A stretch of DNA of 63,199 bases, filler included, from Choristocarpus tenellus KU-1152 (GCA_964200185.2; 8 parts of 8 records of this genome joined end to end with filler, not necessarily neighbours in it), one strand, 5' to 3'; counted from the first letter of the whole stretch, positions 15,401 through 28,500 are shown. Program-made: numbers and translations. Notes: generated by a model not told the origin, from the letters alone.

Positions 15401-18400
15401 CACATAACCAAACGAGTTTACTTACACAATTATATTTTATTGCGATTTTTTCCCTTGGTCTCACACAACAGTGTACGGCCAGATATAGTTAATCCTACAC
15501 AACTCATTTAGCCAACTCCTGCAAAACTATTTGCATTCGAAGGCAGGCAGAACATATACAACTTAAAACAATACCACATGACTCATCACAGAGTGGTATG
15601 ATGATCGACCTATCTGAGATATTTAGTGAGCTCAAAGTTGTTTTCTGGCATGTAACACAATTTGTTTGTGGTATCACCATCCTTTAAATTTTATTTTTTG
15701 TTTTATCATACAACCTTTCTGCTGGTACACTCTTTCATTCAAGGGTTACAGTGTTGGTAGTTGTATTGGGTACATCCCAGAGGAGGTTGGAGAAAGCAGA
15801 CTGCTTGAGTGCTGTGTGTGCTGTTGCTGGCGGTTGGTTGCGCATGGTTGTGACAGGGTAGGGGGTGTTGCTGCAGTCAGGGATGACCTTCCTTGCCCAT
15901 GTATCACCCTTCTATCATCCATGGTTGTGAGGTCTATCTAGATCATGTTTTATAATGAATTGCCAGAAAATATTCAGTTTCATTCTGATTTCCCCAAAAT
16001 TTTCGAAAATCCTGACATATCCTCCCAGATCCAGTGCGGCGATACTGTCCATTAGTTCCAAATATAAAAAATAGTCAAACCAGAAAGGTTTCTCTTGGGC
16101 AGTAAGAACTTGATATACATTGTTGAGTGACACTCCCTTGTTCCCATCCTTTTCCTCTCTGGTTGACTAGGGTGACACACCTTCTCCCCAACCTCTTTCC
16201 CTTACCCACACAATCCACACCTGCATTTCCTCCTCGCTCTCCCTCCTTGCCTTCAGTAGAGAGGCTTCCTTATCTGCTGCAAGTTCTGCACGTAACCGAC
16301 CAACTTCTTGCTCAAATTGGTGTCTTGCTTCCTGCTCCACCATGCACAACATGGATTTGGGGCTTTGTCTGCGCACTTCATCATCCAGATATACTCTGTT
16401 GTGCCACATCCAGTGCATTCTTTATTTTGCAGTGTATTCTTGATCTCACAGTATGAAAATTCAAACTACATCACAAGCCTGAGACACACCAACCTTTACT
16501 TGTTCTTCTCCAATGCCCCTCAGCTTCTGCTGGGCACTCATCTGGTCTGTAATCATCTTGTTGAATTTTTTATTACCCTTCCGCACTGCCTCTTCCAGCT
16601 CAGCCTGGCACGGAGTGCAAGGAACATTGTGTAACATTGTGTAACATTATGTAACATTGTGTAGTGGTAAGGGAGAAAAGGCGCATCAGCTTTGAGAGTA
16701 GAGGCAGGAATGACTATAAATGCCTGGAAGTCTTCAGCAATACAACAAAACTAGAAGACGTACTGCCCTTCTCTATTGTTGATTTAGGCAATTGTCAGAG
16801 AGACAGGTTATTAAATCATAAAGCTTTGTCGAACTCATGTCTAGGGCCACGCGCTGTGTCATTTCGTTCTTTCCATAGTACATGGCCTATAATATTTATA
16901 GTTCTCTCAACATATTAGCCTGTGTGGTCGGCTGGTGGTCGTGGTGTGGTGTGGTGTGGACCTAATGCTTTTTTCTAATGCTTAAGAATATGTCACAGAA
17001 GGATCTGGCATATCCTGCGGGCATTGAAATAATGCCCAAAACCAATCTTGCCATATGCCTTGTACCAGGCACTGTGTAGTATCTTCTGTGCACAGCTGAT
17101 AATATTCAATGAAATCGGAGAGTGCACTCTAGCTTCATTGCTTTGCTCTTGTATGGTCAAACCTTGTGTGTCTCCTTCACCCTAGCAAGGTTCTCACTGG
17201 AAGAGGACTTGACTGCATTTAGTGTTGATCTCATTGCCTGAGCTCGCTCCTGGAAGCGCTTAAGGGATACTTCAAAGCCGTTTTTCTCCTTCAGGACCTC
17301 AGCCTCGAGGTCTGCCATCCTATCTCGGCACTCTCGCTGGGGTTAGGGGGTAGGTATACCGCAATGGAAAATCATTGGTCGCCGAGTAGTGTCACAACAG
17401 TTTCTCGTCAATAAATCTCTTCAGAAGCATCTGATTGGAGAGACGATATGACCTTCGAACCAAATGATCTGGATATCTGAACTTACCTACCTAACACCAG
17501 TAACCATCGAAAATTTGGGGAACTTGACGTCCAAAATGATTACACTTGGACATGTTGAACAAGGTGTGATCAAAATAGATAATGCATTATTTCATTGACA
17601 GATGATGCTATATAGTATATATATATCCAGTATTTCGTAGCACACCATTCCTGGGATTCAATCAATGGTGCAATAGAAGGATGATGCCATTCAATGCTTT
17701 GGAACCTTGGACATGATATGGGTACCAAGTGACAAGTTGGGGTTCAACATCAACAAAGCCATTGAAGGTAGACACTCGGTGTTGCTATCAAGAAAAAATT
17801 GGACTTTCAATGTTCAGGGTCTGCAAAGGATTGCATCACTCTACTTTGGGGCACTCAAAACACAAGTGGGTTCAAGTTCATCTCGGCGTGCTTGTGCTTG
17901 AACTGTATACTTGATAGTGGTTGATAGAATCTTGTGCTTGAACTGTATACTTGATAGTGGTTGATAGAATCCAATATACTTTTCATATGGAGAATTGCTG
18001 GGCCCGGACTTTGTGATTCAGTGGCACATATTTCTCCTCAGAATCATATGGCTGAGGATGTAGACAACTAGATTTAAAAAATACCTGAGTTAGTTCCTCC
18101 CGATCTTTGACAGTCCTCTTGAATGCTCGAAACTCAGCCATAGCTTCTTTCTTCTCTTTCTCATGTTTTTTGCGTAGTTTGTCCACCTTCATGAGTGACG
18201 TTTTGATTGGTTCGGTTGAGGCAGGGAGATGTTGGCACAATGAAATAGACAGGCATGCGTTTGGAATAGGAAAAGAGATATCGGTGCAACATTGTATACA
18301 CGACCGAGAACAAGGAAAATATATTGAACCTGGAGTGAAATGCATGTTATGTACTGCAGTATTTGTATTGCCCTGGCATAGAAGCGGTTTACTTCCAAGA

Positions 18401-19342
18401 AGCTGGATACATTGCTGAGGAAAGACGAGGTATCGCTTCATGAGTCTTGGATTACAATGGTTCATTTTGATGCATATGTCATCATAGGTAAAACTACTGC
18501 TGTTCCTCCTCACCGTGGTATTCTGTTGTTCTATTTTGTCGTATGTATTGCACTACATCCTCCCGCTGAGTTGGCCTTTTACTTGTTTTTATATTTATTC
18601 TCTTCACCACTTTTGCGGGAAAATGATCCCTGTCGTAACATAAAAGGTTCCTACTCCACCACTGCCTCGTGGTAACATGTCCAACCCTCCCTTTTGTGTC
18701 AGTTTCCATGGTGCATGCAGTGGTTGAATGGGTATGAGATGTTTGTTGTCAACTGTGTTTGGGGTGTTTACGGTTCAACAACTTGATACCTGTGCTTCGG
18801 CGTTTATCAAGCCCCTCTTGGATGTCAGCTGATCCTTGAACCGCTGTATCTTCGTCGCAGCATCCTTCAGTATATCTTGCATCTCTTTGTGATGATTTCC
18901 TTTCACCTCCTCGAGCTCGAACTGGGAAGGAGTTTGGTAATACAGCAGAAAAAATTCAGGGCAGGACTATATGATTTGCTGAGAGCATGTCGGAAAAATA
19001 TGGGTATGAAAGAAGTGACCCCAGAAAACAGATGGATCAAAATAGTGAATTAAAATACGTGATAGCATATGCATATAGATACTATGCAATTGACCTAGTG
19101 ATATGTGCAGGCAACTTTGTGGCTCTAATCCTTGCCTGTCGATCCTCGTTTTTCGTGTTGAGGTGGTAAATGACCTTCGTGAGCTGAGCGATCTTTTTGC
19201 TCATCTTGTGGTGAAGATCGGGGAACACATCGCCAGGCATCAAATCTTCATTGTCGTTGAGGGAAGCAGTCCCACCATAGCGCCGTGTTGGGCCTGTTGG
19301 CCCTCCAAGGTGACCACCTATGGGTGCGAAGACTTCCTGCAT
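424..19342 (-). CDS. FAM184-family long coiled-coil protein, multi-exon, 3' end not resolved in window
   Basis: Exon 1 encodes LHHKMSKKIAQLTKVIYHLNTKNE, the FAM184A/B N-terminal signature. Phase-compatible exons: 19342-19136, 18921-18790, 18186-18085, 17336-17163, 16604-16494, 16331-16221, 14534-14404, 13771-13492, 12908-12831, 12064-11900, 11373-11185, 10523-10443, 9827-9642, 7622-7468, 7071-6837, 6160-6104, 5468-5268, 4916-4848, 1270-1092, 472-424. All are E/K/R/A-rich heptad sequence. Some small exons may be missing or mis-bounded. Confidence 0.85.
2734..2991 (+). mobile_element. MITE family A (about 255 bp)
   Basis: TIR GAGTGGAAGTATCTTAGAGGGTA...TACCCTCTAAGATAATTTGGCTC. 3-bp TSD AAT. Confidence 0.92.
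3803..4060 (+). mobile_element. MITE family A
   Basis: Full copy. 4-bp TSD GCAA. Confidence 0.92.
4300..4750 (-). mobile_element. Possible highly decayed Copia RT remnant
   Basis: Minus-strand IVG..L....LTRP-like segment followed by P...H. Heavily mutated. Confidence 0.35.
8332..8590 (-). mobile_element. MITE family A
   Basis: Full copy, reversed. 4-bp TSD TCAT. Confidence 0.92.
8974..9152 (+). mobile_element. MITE family B (about 180 bp, G/C-tract TIRs)
   Basis: GACCCAAAGTATCTG(G)n ... (C)nAGATACTTTGAGCC. 3-bp TSD TGA. Confidence 0.92.
9913..10089 (-). mobile_element. MITE family B
   Basis: Full copy, reversed. Confidence 0.9.
11572..11760 (+). mobile_element. MITE family B
   Basis: Full copy. 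4-bp TSD AACA. Confidence 0.92.
13154..13332 (+). mobile_element. MITE family B
   Basis: Full copy. 3-bp TSD AAG. Confidence 0.92.
14019..14276 (+). mobile_element. MITE family A
   Basis: Full copy. 3-bp TSD TGT. Confidence 0.92.
14680..15250 (-). mobile_element. Possible highly decayed Copia RT remnant
   Basis: Minus-strand FMSRLARGSCLQTIDTFSQLV resembles KARLVARG..Q...DTFSPV. Degraded. Confidence 0.35.
16623..16663. repeat. 10-bp tandem repeat, 4 copies
   Basis: AACATTGTGT units just upstream of a FAM184 acceptor (minus strand). Confidence 0.9.
17891..17970. repeat. Perfect 40-bp tandem duplication
   Basis: CTTGTGCTTGAACTGTATACTTGATAGTGGTTGATAGAAT x2. Confidence 0.95.
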
Positions 19343-19508
19343 CTTGATCAATGTATCACTGGGTTGAGATTATGTGGCTCAGTAAATCGGTTACAAAAAA
19401 AAAAGTTGATTTCGGAACTGTATATGGGCTAGGAGCCCATCTCATCGCTCTTGCCGGGAGGAATTCAGAACAGCGACAGAAGAGGGATCCGAATGAGTTA
19501 CTGTCTCC
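19343..19508. promoter_or_regulatory. Putative compact bidirectional promoter (FAM184-like / TerD-like)
   Basis: 166 bp between divergent predicted start codons. Confidence 0.5.
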
Positions 19509-20628
19509 ATGGTCACTGCACAGGCTTCATTGTTGGACGATGAAAGTCGGCCAATCCAAAAGGTAAAAGCTGTTGTCAACTATCATCCCACGTCGTGTGC
19601 TGTTGTGTATTGTCATCACAAACAAATTTCGCCTCTTCATTCACTCCTCGCTTAATCCCATTTCTGACAGGACTATGGCGAGCTGGGTGCTAACGAATCT
19701 TGCGACATTGTGGAAGATTCGCCCTGTATTCTTCTGGTATGATGAAGCCAGAACCCATTGTCTGCACGTCGTCCTCTCACTCTCCACAAGGAGAATGAAC
19801 ATGTGACATTGCTTGAGGGCACTGTGCACCTGCAAAGCATGGCAAAATACCACTGGTGCCTGGAATCTTGAGCCTCTTGCATCTGTCCTTACTCCTCATC
19901 TCTAGTTCGCGGGACTTATCCTCCCTCTTACAAACCCTCTGGGTACGCTGTATGTGCACAGACAATTCCGCATATCCACCCTGTTTCATCTTTGTCTGGC
20001 CATTTGTTCCAGGGATTCCGCTGGTGCTCTGCTGTCAAGGGTGCTGTCTGCGATCTTGATGCGTTTCTCACCTTTTTGGATGATAACGTAAGGGCTTTCA
20101 AAACTTGTGTCGGGATGGTTATCTGTATCTGTTATACTAGTTGTTTGTGCACTCTCGGTCAATTTAGAGTGTGCTACACGTTCAGTCCTTGTAAGGGCCT
20201 ATATTTTTGTTAGGAGATATTTGCACTAGCCACATAGGACAGGCTAGCATCTCCCTTAACGCAATATATATATTTATTCTTCTTCTCACTCGGAAGTGAT
20301 TCATAAACTGTCTACTTGGTGAGGTTGTTCAACTATATATGGAGTCTTCTCATACTGTATTAACATTATTCTCTAGTCGATAATGAGCGCACTCAAACGC
20401 CTTTCCTACCCCCTGGGTCCTGTTGTGAGGCAGGCCATGCCTTTGACTCTTGTGGATTGTGTGCAGTCCTCATATTCCAATGTTGCAGCTCTCCTTGATG
20501 AGACGGTTTGTTCTGATGACACCAGCCAGCAAGTTGATCTGGAGAAGATTGTGGTTGATCTGGGCAGTGTCAGCAACAAGATCACCACTATTGTTGTGGG
20601 TGTGCGGTCAATGTCACAGGCCTTTAAG
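19509..20628 (+). CDS. TerD-domain (tellurium resistance/cAMP-binding-like) protein, 5' part
   Basis: Exons 19509-19562, 19671-19736, 20013-20087 and 20434-20628 all join in phase 0 with GT-AG. Translation includes ...CILLGFRWCSAVKGAVCDLDAFLTFLDDN...DLEKIVVDLGSVSNKITTIVVGV, matching the TerD GLGW...DLDA and E.I.VDL..V motifs. Truncated by the contig end. Confidence 0.7.
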
Positions 20629-20840
20629 GTGATGATAGGGGACCCAATCACTGTATTACTGGTCTTTAGTAGGGGAGAAATATGTCAAGATATGAACTAG
20701 GTAGATCATGGAAACCTGTGCTGTGCCAAGCTGAAGTATTGGAATGGTCAAGTTGCAGTACTATTGGGACAAGTGGTCCTAGATTAGGAGACAAATAAAC
20801 CTGTTGGGAGTTTACAATCTATCATGAGTTATCATTTAGA

Positions 20841-20900
20841 GGGTCAAAGTATCTGGGAAGGGGGGGTGGTTTATGAGGGGGCGTCCGTTTCGCTCAAACA
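20841..20900. mobile_element. MITE family B terminal fragment at contig end
   Basis: GGGTCAAAGTATCTGGGAAGGGGGGG. Confidence 0.75.
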
Positions 20901-20930
20901 ATTCTTTTTTTTGCTGACATTTCAAATCCG

Positions 20931-21030
20931 NNNNNNNNNNNNNNNNNNNNNNNNNNNNNNNNNNNNNNNNNNNNTTAATTAATTAANNNNNNNNNNNNNN
21001 NNNNNNNNNNNNNNNNNNNNNNNNNNNNNN
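20931..21030. other. Artificial contig spacer; identical spacers at 30784-30883, 35872-35971, 39964-40063, 49483-49582, 54758-54857 and 59532-59631
   Basis: 44 N + TTAATTAATTAA (stops in all six frames) + 44 N, exactly 100 nt each time. Genes stop abruptly at them. Confidence 0.97.
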
Positions 21031-22550
21031 CAAGCAAGCCAACGCAGGGCATACATGCACACGACGATCAAACGAAATCATTGCCACCCCCCACACACTG
21101 TCCTACTACCACCTTCGGCATGGATTCCCATTCGTAGCGGGGCCTTCCAAAAGTGCCGCAACATTAAAAAACAAAACATATGTGCACTTTCTGCACACCA
21201 ATCCGCGTCTTGCTCATCCTCAATAAAAAGCTCCATCCTCAAGTTTGATGATCGTCCGTTACAGGCTGGATGCTACCAGCTGAAAGGTGTTAAAAGATGG
21301 ACCTTCATCAAGTAGGCATGAACCTCCAACAAGTAAGTGATGATTCAGTGGTAGGTAACGAGTACCTGCTTGGTGTCATAGCCAGAACCTCTGTAGCCCC
21401 CTTCCCTTATGCCTTCTAATATGATGTTTTGGAAAGTACCAGGGAATCACCCACTGTTTTATAATTCTGAGTGAAATCACGGCAGGTGAACAAAACTAAC
21501 GTGGAAAAATATGTCGAAACAGATATTTTAGTCAAGCGATTGTGGCCAAGATAAAATTAAGCCATCATATGGTGCTTTCAGGTAATGAAATGATACGCAC
21601 AAGTTATGATCACTCATTTTAAACTATACTATAGGATCCTATACCACCAACATAATATAGTAATAGTCATCTTGATAACCCATTGAAGATGTTGTGAAAT
21701 TAATTAACACAATAAAATGTATCTATGAAAAATTGTAAGAGAGGAGAAAGTTAAGAAGATCCATTATGTACATAAAGATGGGTTAAACTTGTACCGGGAC
21801 GATATTAATGCAGCAGTGTTGAAACAAGAACTATTTTCTGTGAAATTCCTTTGTTCAGATTAAGATATGCTTTGTATGCTCGCAACAGGCAGTCCCTCTT
21901 GAAAGAGTACATCAATACAAGATAGAAGGCACCAAGTACTCACGCAGGCAGAGAATATTGATCGTGGAAGGGGTAAAATACATTCAAGAATCAATAAAAT
22001 CAGGAGTGGACTTTTTTGAACAATGCCCAAGGTAAAGAGGAGTATGGCACCCCATCAGGATTTTACGACATTCACTGCTTTGTCATAGCTTAACATGGAG
22101 GCAGCGTGATCTTATGGGGGAGAGTAATTGCATAGCAATTCTTTAAGATTATGAATGCATGATCCCAAATTCAAGTAGAGGATCCTTGTGGCATCAGTTA
22201 AGTACTAGTTTTGTCCTTTCTAGTGCATTATGAAGCATTTCCCTCAAGGCCTTTGTGTCCATACATAGACATACGCGGTCGATGTTTTATATGTACATTC
22301 TGATTTTTTTTCAAACTTCCTTACATATTTTCTGCAATTATTTTTTGGGTGGTTTCACCTGCCTATTCAAGTTTTTGAAGGCATTGTGCATGCTTCACGC
22401 CGAGGGGAATGGAAATGGCAACTGCTCTGCATTCTTTAGTCATGAATGGTGCAGGAGTCTTGAGTCCATTCATTGTCAAAACACGGAAGGTCGACCCCCA
22501 ATTGAACTGTATAACTCATGGACTAGACACCCAAGAGTAACAAATGTACA

Positions 22551-22735
22551 GACCCAAAGTATCTGGGGGGCGGGGAGTGGGTCTACACTACGGAATCCAT
22601 TTGAACCCTGACCAGGAAAAGTGCACTTACATTATCCATCGACGGTATGCAACCAAATCACCCAAAAATCGCAACATGAAAAAATTAATCCCAAATGGAC
22701 AGTTGCCACACCCCACCCCCCAGATACTTTGAGCC
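22551..22735 (+). mobile_element. MITE family B
   Basis: Full copy. 3-bp TSD ACA. Confidence 0.92.
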
Positions 22736-22779
22736 ACACTTGAAAGGTCAGGTGTCGCATGAGAAGGTTGGAACTGGGA

Positions 22780-23565
22780 ACTCTTTTAGTGTAGGCCAAG
22801 TCAGAGATATGTGCTTTGTAACTTTTGAACCAGAACACCAGAAGGAGCATGTGTGCACTCTGATTAGGTCAGATGCGAACTGACTTTGGTTGTATCCTGT
22901 GACGTTTGGAGGTATTCTCTCAGAGGAGACAAGGATATAGATCAATCACAGTTGTGATTGGGAAGATAGGAACTGGGGATCCATTAGAGTCAAAATATCT
23001 TCGAGGGTAGAGCCACGTCCATTTGGGGATCAAATTTTGGCCATTGCTTTTGTTAGGAAGTGTCAATATCCTCGTTCTGAACACAACTTCTCATAACGTA
23101 CACATTTTACCTACTCCGAAATATTTCTGAGTAGGAAAATGTCATAAAAGACCCCATGGGAAGCCAAGCCTCAAATGGACAAGCAGGGCAAAACTCGTAC
23201 CCTCTAAGATACTTCTACTCGTTAATTGTAGACTAAGTCAGAGATGTATGTTGTAGCGGTCGAGTCAGATACCCAGAAGGGACAAGTGCAGTCTCATTAG
23301 GCCAGATGTGAACTGACTGTGACTTTCGGGACAGACACTCCCAAAGGAAACAAGGAAACATATTAATTATAGTTGTAACTGAAAAGATTGAAACTCAGTA
23401 CTCTTTTATTGTAGGCTAAGTCAGAAATGTACATTTTGTAACTTTTGATCCAAACCCACCAAAAGGGATAATCGTATATGCTCTGACTACCCCAAATGCG
23501 AATTGACTCTGATTGTATCCTGTGACTTTTGGAGAGACATCCCCAAAGGAAACATGGGGATACCT
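22780..23565. repeat. Degenerate tandem triplication of about 190 bp, split by a family A MITE
   Basis: TGTAGRCYAAGTCAGARAT...CAGATGYGAACTGACT...AGGARACAAGG recurs at about 22790, 23227 and 23410. Confidence 0.8.
22987..23220 (-). mobile_element. MITE family A (small internal deletion)
   Basis: Reversed. Flanks ATTA/GTTA. Confidence 0.9.
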
Positions 23566-24529
23566 CTATCCCTGTTAGAAGCAACTGTGTAAATTGAAAC
23601 TAGAGTCTCTGTGCAACCAATTTTGTAGTCGAACTATTTTGAAACTCTTGACTTTACCATTCAAGGGTAACAAAAACAATATGCTCCAGAATGAGGTAAT
23701 GCACAATGTCTTTTATTGTAACCTATGGCAATCGCCTATGGTAAGCGTGAAACATGCATACCTAGGCACAGGCGATTTAGTGTATATACTGCTTATCGCA
23801 CTCTAACCAGTGAGGCTAGTAAGTATTCGTATGGGCAACCGAAAAGAGAATGCTCCATTCACTATAGTTACAGTAAAAAAATTGTAAATTAAGGATAGAA
23901 CAATAGTTTTCAGTTGTACAACAATGGCTGCTGAAAACCCAACCCATTCTGAACTGATATCCTGACACACAAGGACAAACCTTGTCAGTTCTGAAACATT
24001 TTCATACTCTTTCCCTGAAAATAACCATACCTTTATCTGACATCAGATAAACCACCATCTCGGTTGGTCATCAGGCTATCGTTAGGTACTCTGCTCATTC
24101 TACGTGAAGCAGAGGAGTTACGGAATGTGTGTGGAAGCATGGGCCAGTGTTTTCCCTTTAAAAGCAAAAAATTAGGTGAGTCTACTACAGACAACTACTT
24201 CCCTGGTAGTTTGGTTCTCTCTGACTCAACAGGAACAATGCAAGTTGTATTTTGAAGCTTTATCTCCACCTGACACAGGTTTGTTGCTCCTGGAGAAAAG
24301 AATTGTTCAATGCCATAAATTTTTTTCAAGAGCATGATAGATATTCTATGTTGTATAAGTCATATTATATCAGTCTGGGCATTTATTTGCGTAAGAACTC
24401 CTTCTGTATAAGCTTGTCCCCCATCGCCTCCATGACCACAAAGTCTCTGATCATCTTGGTTCCAAACAACACTTTTGATCACATTTGTGACTGATTTTGG
24501 TGGCCAATACCTCATAAGGGTGCAAAAAG

Positions 24530-25520
24530 ACTTGGTATAGAGTCTTTCTTGTCAAACTTTTGTCAACAACATAAACACAGTCGCATTGTCCAGTTGTACT
24601 ACCTGTAGGTCATACACCGGTGCACATGTCTTTTCAATGTCTTGTAATTGACCTTGTAAAGTGTAAGTCCAGTCCCAAGATTTTCAGTTGATTGGTTATA
24701 TAGATGCTGATTATGCAAACTGCAAGGACAGTGACTACCTATTTCTGGTGGTGTTGTGATGTTTGGGGGAAGATGTGTTGACTGGTGGTCTAGGAAGCAG
24801 AAAATGGTTACACTGTCTACTGGCTGAGTCTGAGTATGTTTCACTGTGTGAGTTGGGGAAAGAGGTTATGTTCCTCAAGCAAGTCCACATGTTCATGGAA
24901 CCACGTTGTAAGGGTTACTCTGTATCAGTGTTCGAGGATAATGATGGTGCAATTAAGATTTCACGCAAGGCAGAACCTGGTGGTAGAACTAAGCACATGG
25001 ACATCAGGTAACACTATGTACGGCAGCTAGGGAAAGGAAAGTGAAGATTGGATATGTACCTACGAAATTCCAACATGCAGATCTTTTTATCAAGGGTCTG
25101 TCTAAGGAATTATTAGATAGGCACACAGATACCATATTGGGTACTGCATGATGTGATGTGATATGTTGTGTTTGAGGTGATACATTTCACTTGAAGTTCA
25201 AAGCAGGGGAGTGTGTCAAGAATCTGTTTTTTATTCACGTGTAAAAAGAACATATTTGTGTTCTGAAGGATAGGAGATGTGTTTAGTCTGAAGAACTAGA
25301 ATGTGGAAGGGTTCAGGAAAAGGAAGCATTGTTAGAAGTAATATGTGATTAGTGATTACTGCTCCATAAAATACGAATTATTTGATGACAAGGACAACAC
25401 CACCCCCCCTGATTGGATGGTGTTTCTCACTCCAACTTTCTACCTACTATAACATAACTGAGAAGGAATTAATCTACATATTTCTATATCAAGGCTTGGG
25501 ATTCTAAACATTCTTTAACA
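24530..25520 (+). mobile_element. Ty1/Copia LTR retrotransposon remnant (RT end, RNase H, PPT, 3' LTR)
   Basis: Peptides GYIDADYA, WWSRKQKMVTLS/AESEY, VFEDNDGAI, RTKHMDIR and QHADLFIKGL with frameshifts. Polypurine tract AAGCAGGGGGAG near 25201, then a TG...CA LTR at about 25214-25520. Confidence 0.85.
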
Positions 25521-25563
25521 GACAATGAACGCAAAATTTGCTTACTTGTTCACACGCTAATCA

Positions 25564-28500
25564 TTACCCCTCCCCATGGCAGATGTGATGGAGTATGAGG
25601 TTCATGGACATGCGTAAATGCATAGGCCCTGGGTGTAGGCCATCCCGGATGTGCAGTCCCCAGGCAGTTGTCATGGCCAACCAGTCTATCTCCACCCACC
25701 CTCTTGGCTCCAACACACGTCGCAGGGCTGCACTATACATTATTCCCCTCTCTAGCACACAATGGGGTTCTCGCTCACTGGCTATTGCTGGTGCAGACAG
25801 CCAGAAGCGGTATCTATATTACCACCAGTTTATTTTTATCAAGCCCATGTCGAGCAAGGCAGGACGAATTTCAGGGGACAAGGGGAGGGGGGGGGGGAAT
25901 ATGGATAAGAGGATGGAGTGAAGAGATAGAACTCGTTCTGGCATGTGGTTAGGGCTAGGGTTGACTAGACAAAATGGATTAATGAGATGAGTCTCTCCTA
26001 CCGCCCTCTTTCACTCTCTTCTCATATTTAGGTAATGTGGCTGATAATGCAACTATTGAGATATTTGGTATTCTTATTCAGGAAGCATCGCTTCACTTCT
26101 TCATGCTACCTAACATTAATCAAGAGTGAAACTAGTAGCATTTTAGTCGTATCTTGGGGGGATTGCCAACGTCTTGGAAGGAAGTTAGGGCACTACTGAA
26201 GTTACGCCAGCCTGGATGGATTTGGGTACCAACCCATCTTGGGAAATGAGGCTGGAAAACAAGCTGGACCATAGAAAGAGAGCTAACGGTGAATGGGATG
26301 TGTGTATGACTTGGGCATGCACTGCATATGTTTGAGAAAAAGGGCCCTTCAGCCAATAAGGTTATTCTTACAGGGGACATAGGAATCGTTTTGCTGTGGG
26401 TGAGAACTTGGAAAGGCACATCACCTTCCCAGACCCAAGACAACTGAGACTTGGGCCACAAGAAAGGGAGCGTGCTTTCACAAACATGACTGACCCAAAG
26501 GACATGGCCAGCAAGGAGGGTGGCCATCAATACAGTTTGGTGGTGGTTGACGATTTCACCAGGATAGGACTAATATATTTCATGAGGACCAAGGACTCAC
26601 ATCAAGTGTCACTGTTCTCAGAGAAGTTAATTGCTGATGTAGCCAAACCAATGGGCATCGGTATTAAGTCCTTGTAGAGTGACAACGGGGGGGGGGGCAT
26701 ATACACAGGGGACGCCTTCACAAGAGTATCGTGGAAACATGGGACTCAGCATAAATATACTGCTCTTGGTGCATTTCAGTTCAATGGGGTGACTGAGTAA
26801 CGGATTGCTCTGATCTGGGAAAGTTCCTTGACATTGCAGCATGGTGCACGGGTGGATGATGATCATAGCCTGTGGACTGAGGGGACATCCCATGCAAATG
26901 ACTTGGTCAACACGACACCAGCATCTGCAAACGAGGGATGGGCTTCCCCTTAGGAGTTCTGGCATGGATTCCCACCCGATATTTCGATTCTACATTGAGG
27001 CAATGCATGCAGAGATTGATGGGCCAATTGCAAATGTGACACCTGGGTGCCAGTCACCACGCCAACAACTTGAAAAGTCTTGACGATGAAGTTAGTATTG
27101 ACGAAGGAGAACGCACAAGGCGCGGTCAAATGCTCAAAAGCGAGGTTCATGGCGCAAGGGCTTTGCCAACACAGAAAAATGGTTAATGTGCATGAGATGT
27201 TCACACCAACGGCACAGGCATCCACTATGTGACTCGCCTCTTGCATTGGCAATGTGGCTTGGCTCTCGCGTAATAACCATGGTTGAAACTTTGAGGGTAT
27301 TCACTAATGCTCAACAGGATGAGCACCTTGAAGTGGACCCCGAAGGGGTAAGGTGTATGAATCTGACAGTGAACTTGATGGGGGCAGTGGGGGAACTGGA
27401 GAAGTCATTGTATGGTACTGGACAGGTTTCAAGAAACAGAAGCTCTCTTCCAGCAGAAACACTGACGGGGAAAGGGCTGGAAGCGCGGTAGGCGGATTCT
27501 TGCTTCTTATGGTGGATCAAGGAGGGCACTTTGGTAATGGTTTATGCAGATCCGTGTTGACGACATGCTGGTGGTCAGTGATTGTCTCAAGCATGCCACC
27601 ACCTTTGTGGTGGGACTCGACGAGAAGAGACTTATTCAGGTGTTGCCAGATAAGGTGGGACCAGGAGCAAAAGACCGTATATATATTGATCAGGAGGCGT
27701 ATGTAAAGTATGTAAAGAGCTTGGTGGAGGGTTAAGGACATTTTTGAGCCGCTAGCTGTGACACCTCCAAAGCCAGTGGAGGAAAGACCAACTGGCAAGG
27801 AGTATCGGACAATGATTGGGGGGACAATGCGGGCATCCACCATGGCACGCCCTGACATTGCATCCGTAGCGTGTACACCAGCTACGGGTTGTGTGAAACC
27901 CACGCTATGGACTGGAAGGTAGCAGAGTGGGTGAATATGTATCTATTGGGGACTACTAGTTGGGGATTGACGTATGGGGATCACAGTCACTGGAGGATGA
28001 TATCCAGAAAGCAAATGATTCAACTTGCAGATGTAGACTATGCCACCGTGTAACTACAAGGTTTTCTGTGTGAGGGGGTTTGGAGTTGTTTGGGGGGTTG
28101 GGGGGTTTATGTGCAAGATGGTCTAGGATGCAGAGAAGGGTGACTCTGTCTACTGCTGAAGCTGAGTGTGTCTTATTTTGTGATTTGCCCAGGAGGTAAT
28201 GTTCTTGTAGCAAGCGCCAGTCATGGTAGAGCCATAGACAGGGGAGTATCGTGTACAGTTGTTTGAGAATTCTAACAATGGAGAAATCAAGGCAAAGAAA
28301 AAGAAGACTTCTGGGGAGGAAACCAAACACAGAGACGTGAGATACCATTATGCAAGGAAATTGGGACTAGATGGGAAGGTGAACGCTAGGTATATATGCC
28401 TTCTGTTAAAAAAACCCAGCAGGCTGACTTACTCACCATCACCATAGGAAAAGAGCGATTTGAATTTCACGCAAGGAATATCATCCATCACCAGTATGCT

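Noticed and set aside
20975-20986. Recurring palindrome TTAATTAATTAA between N runs (7 times)
   Set aside because: Fixed 44+12+44 layout with six-frame stops. It is an artificial contig linker, not biology.
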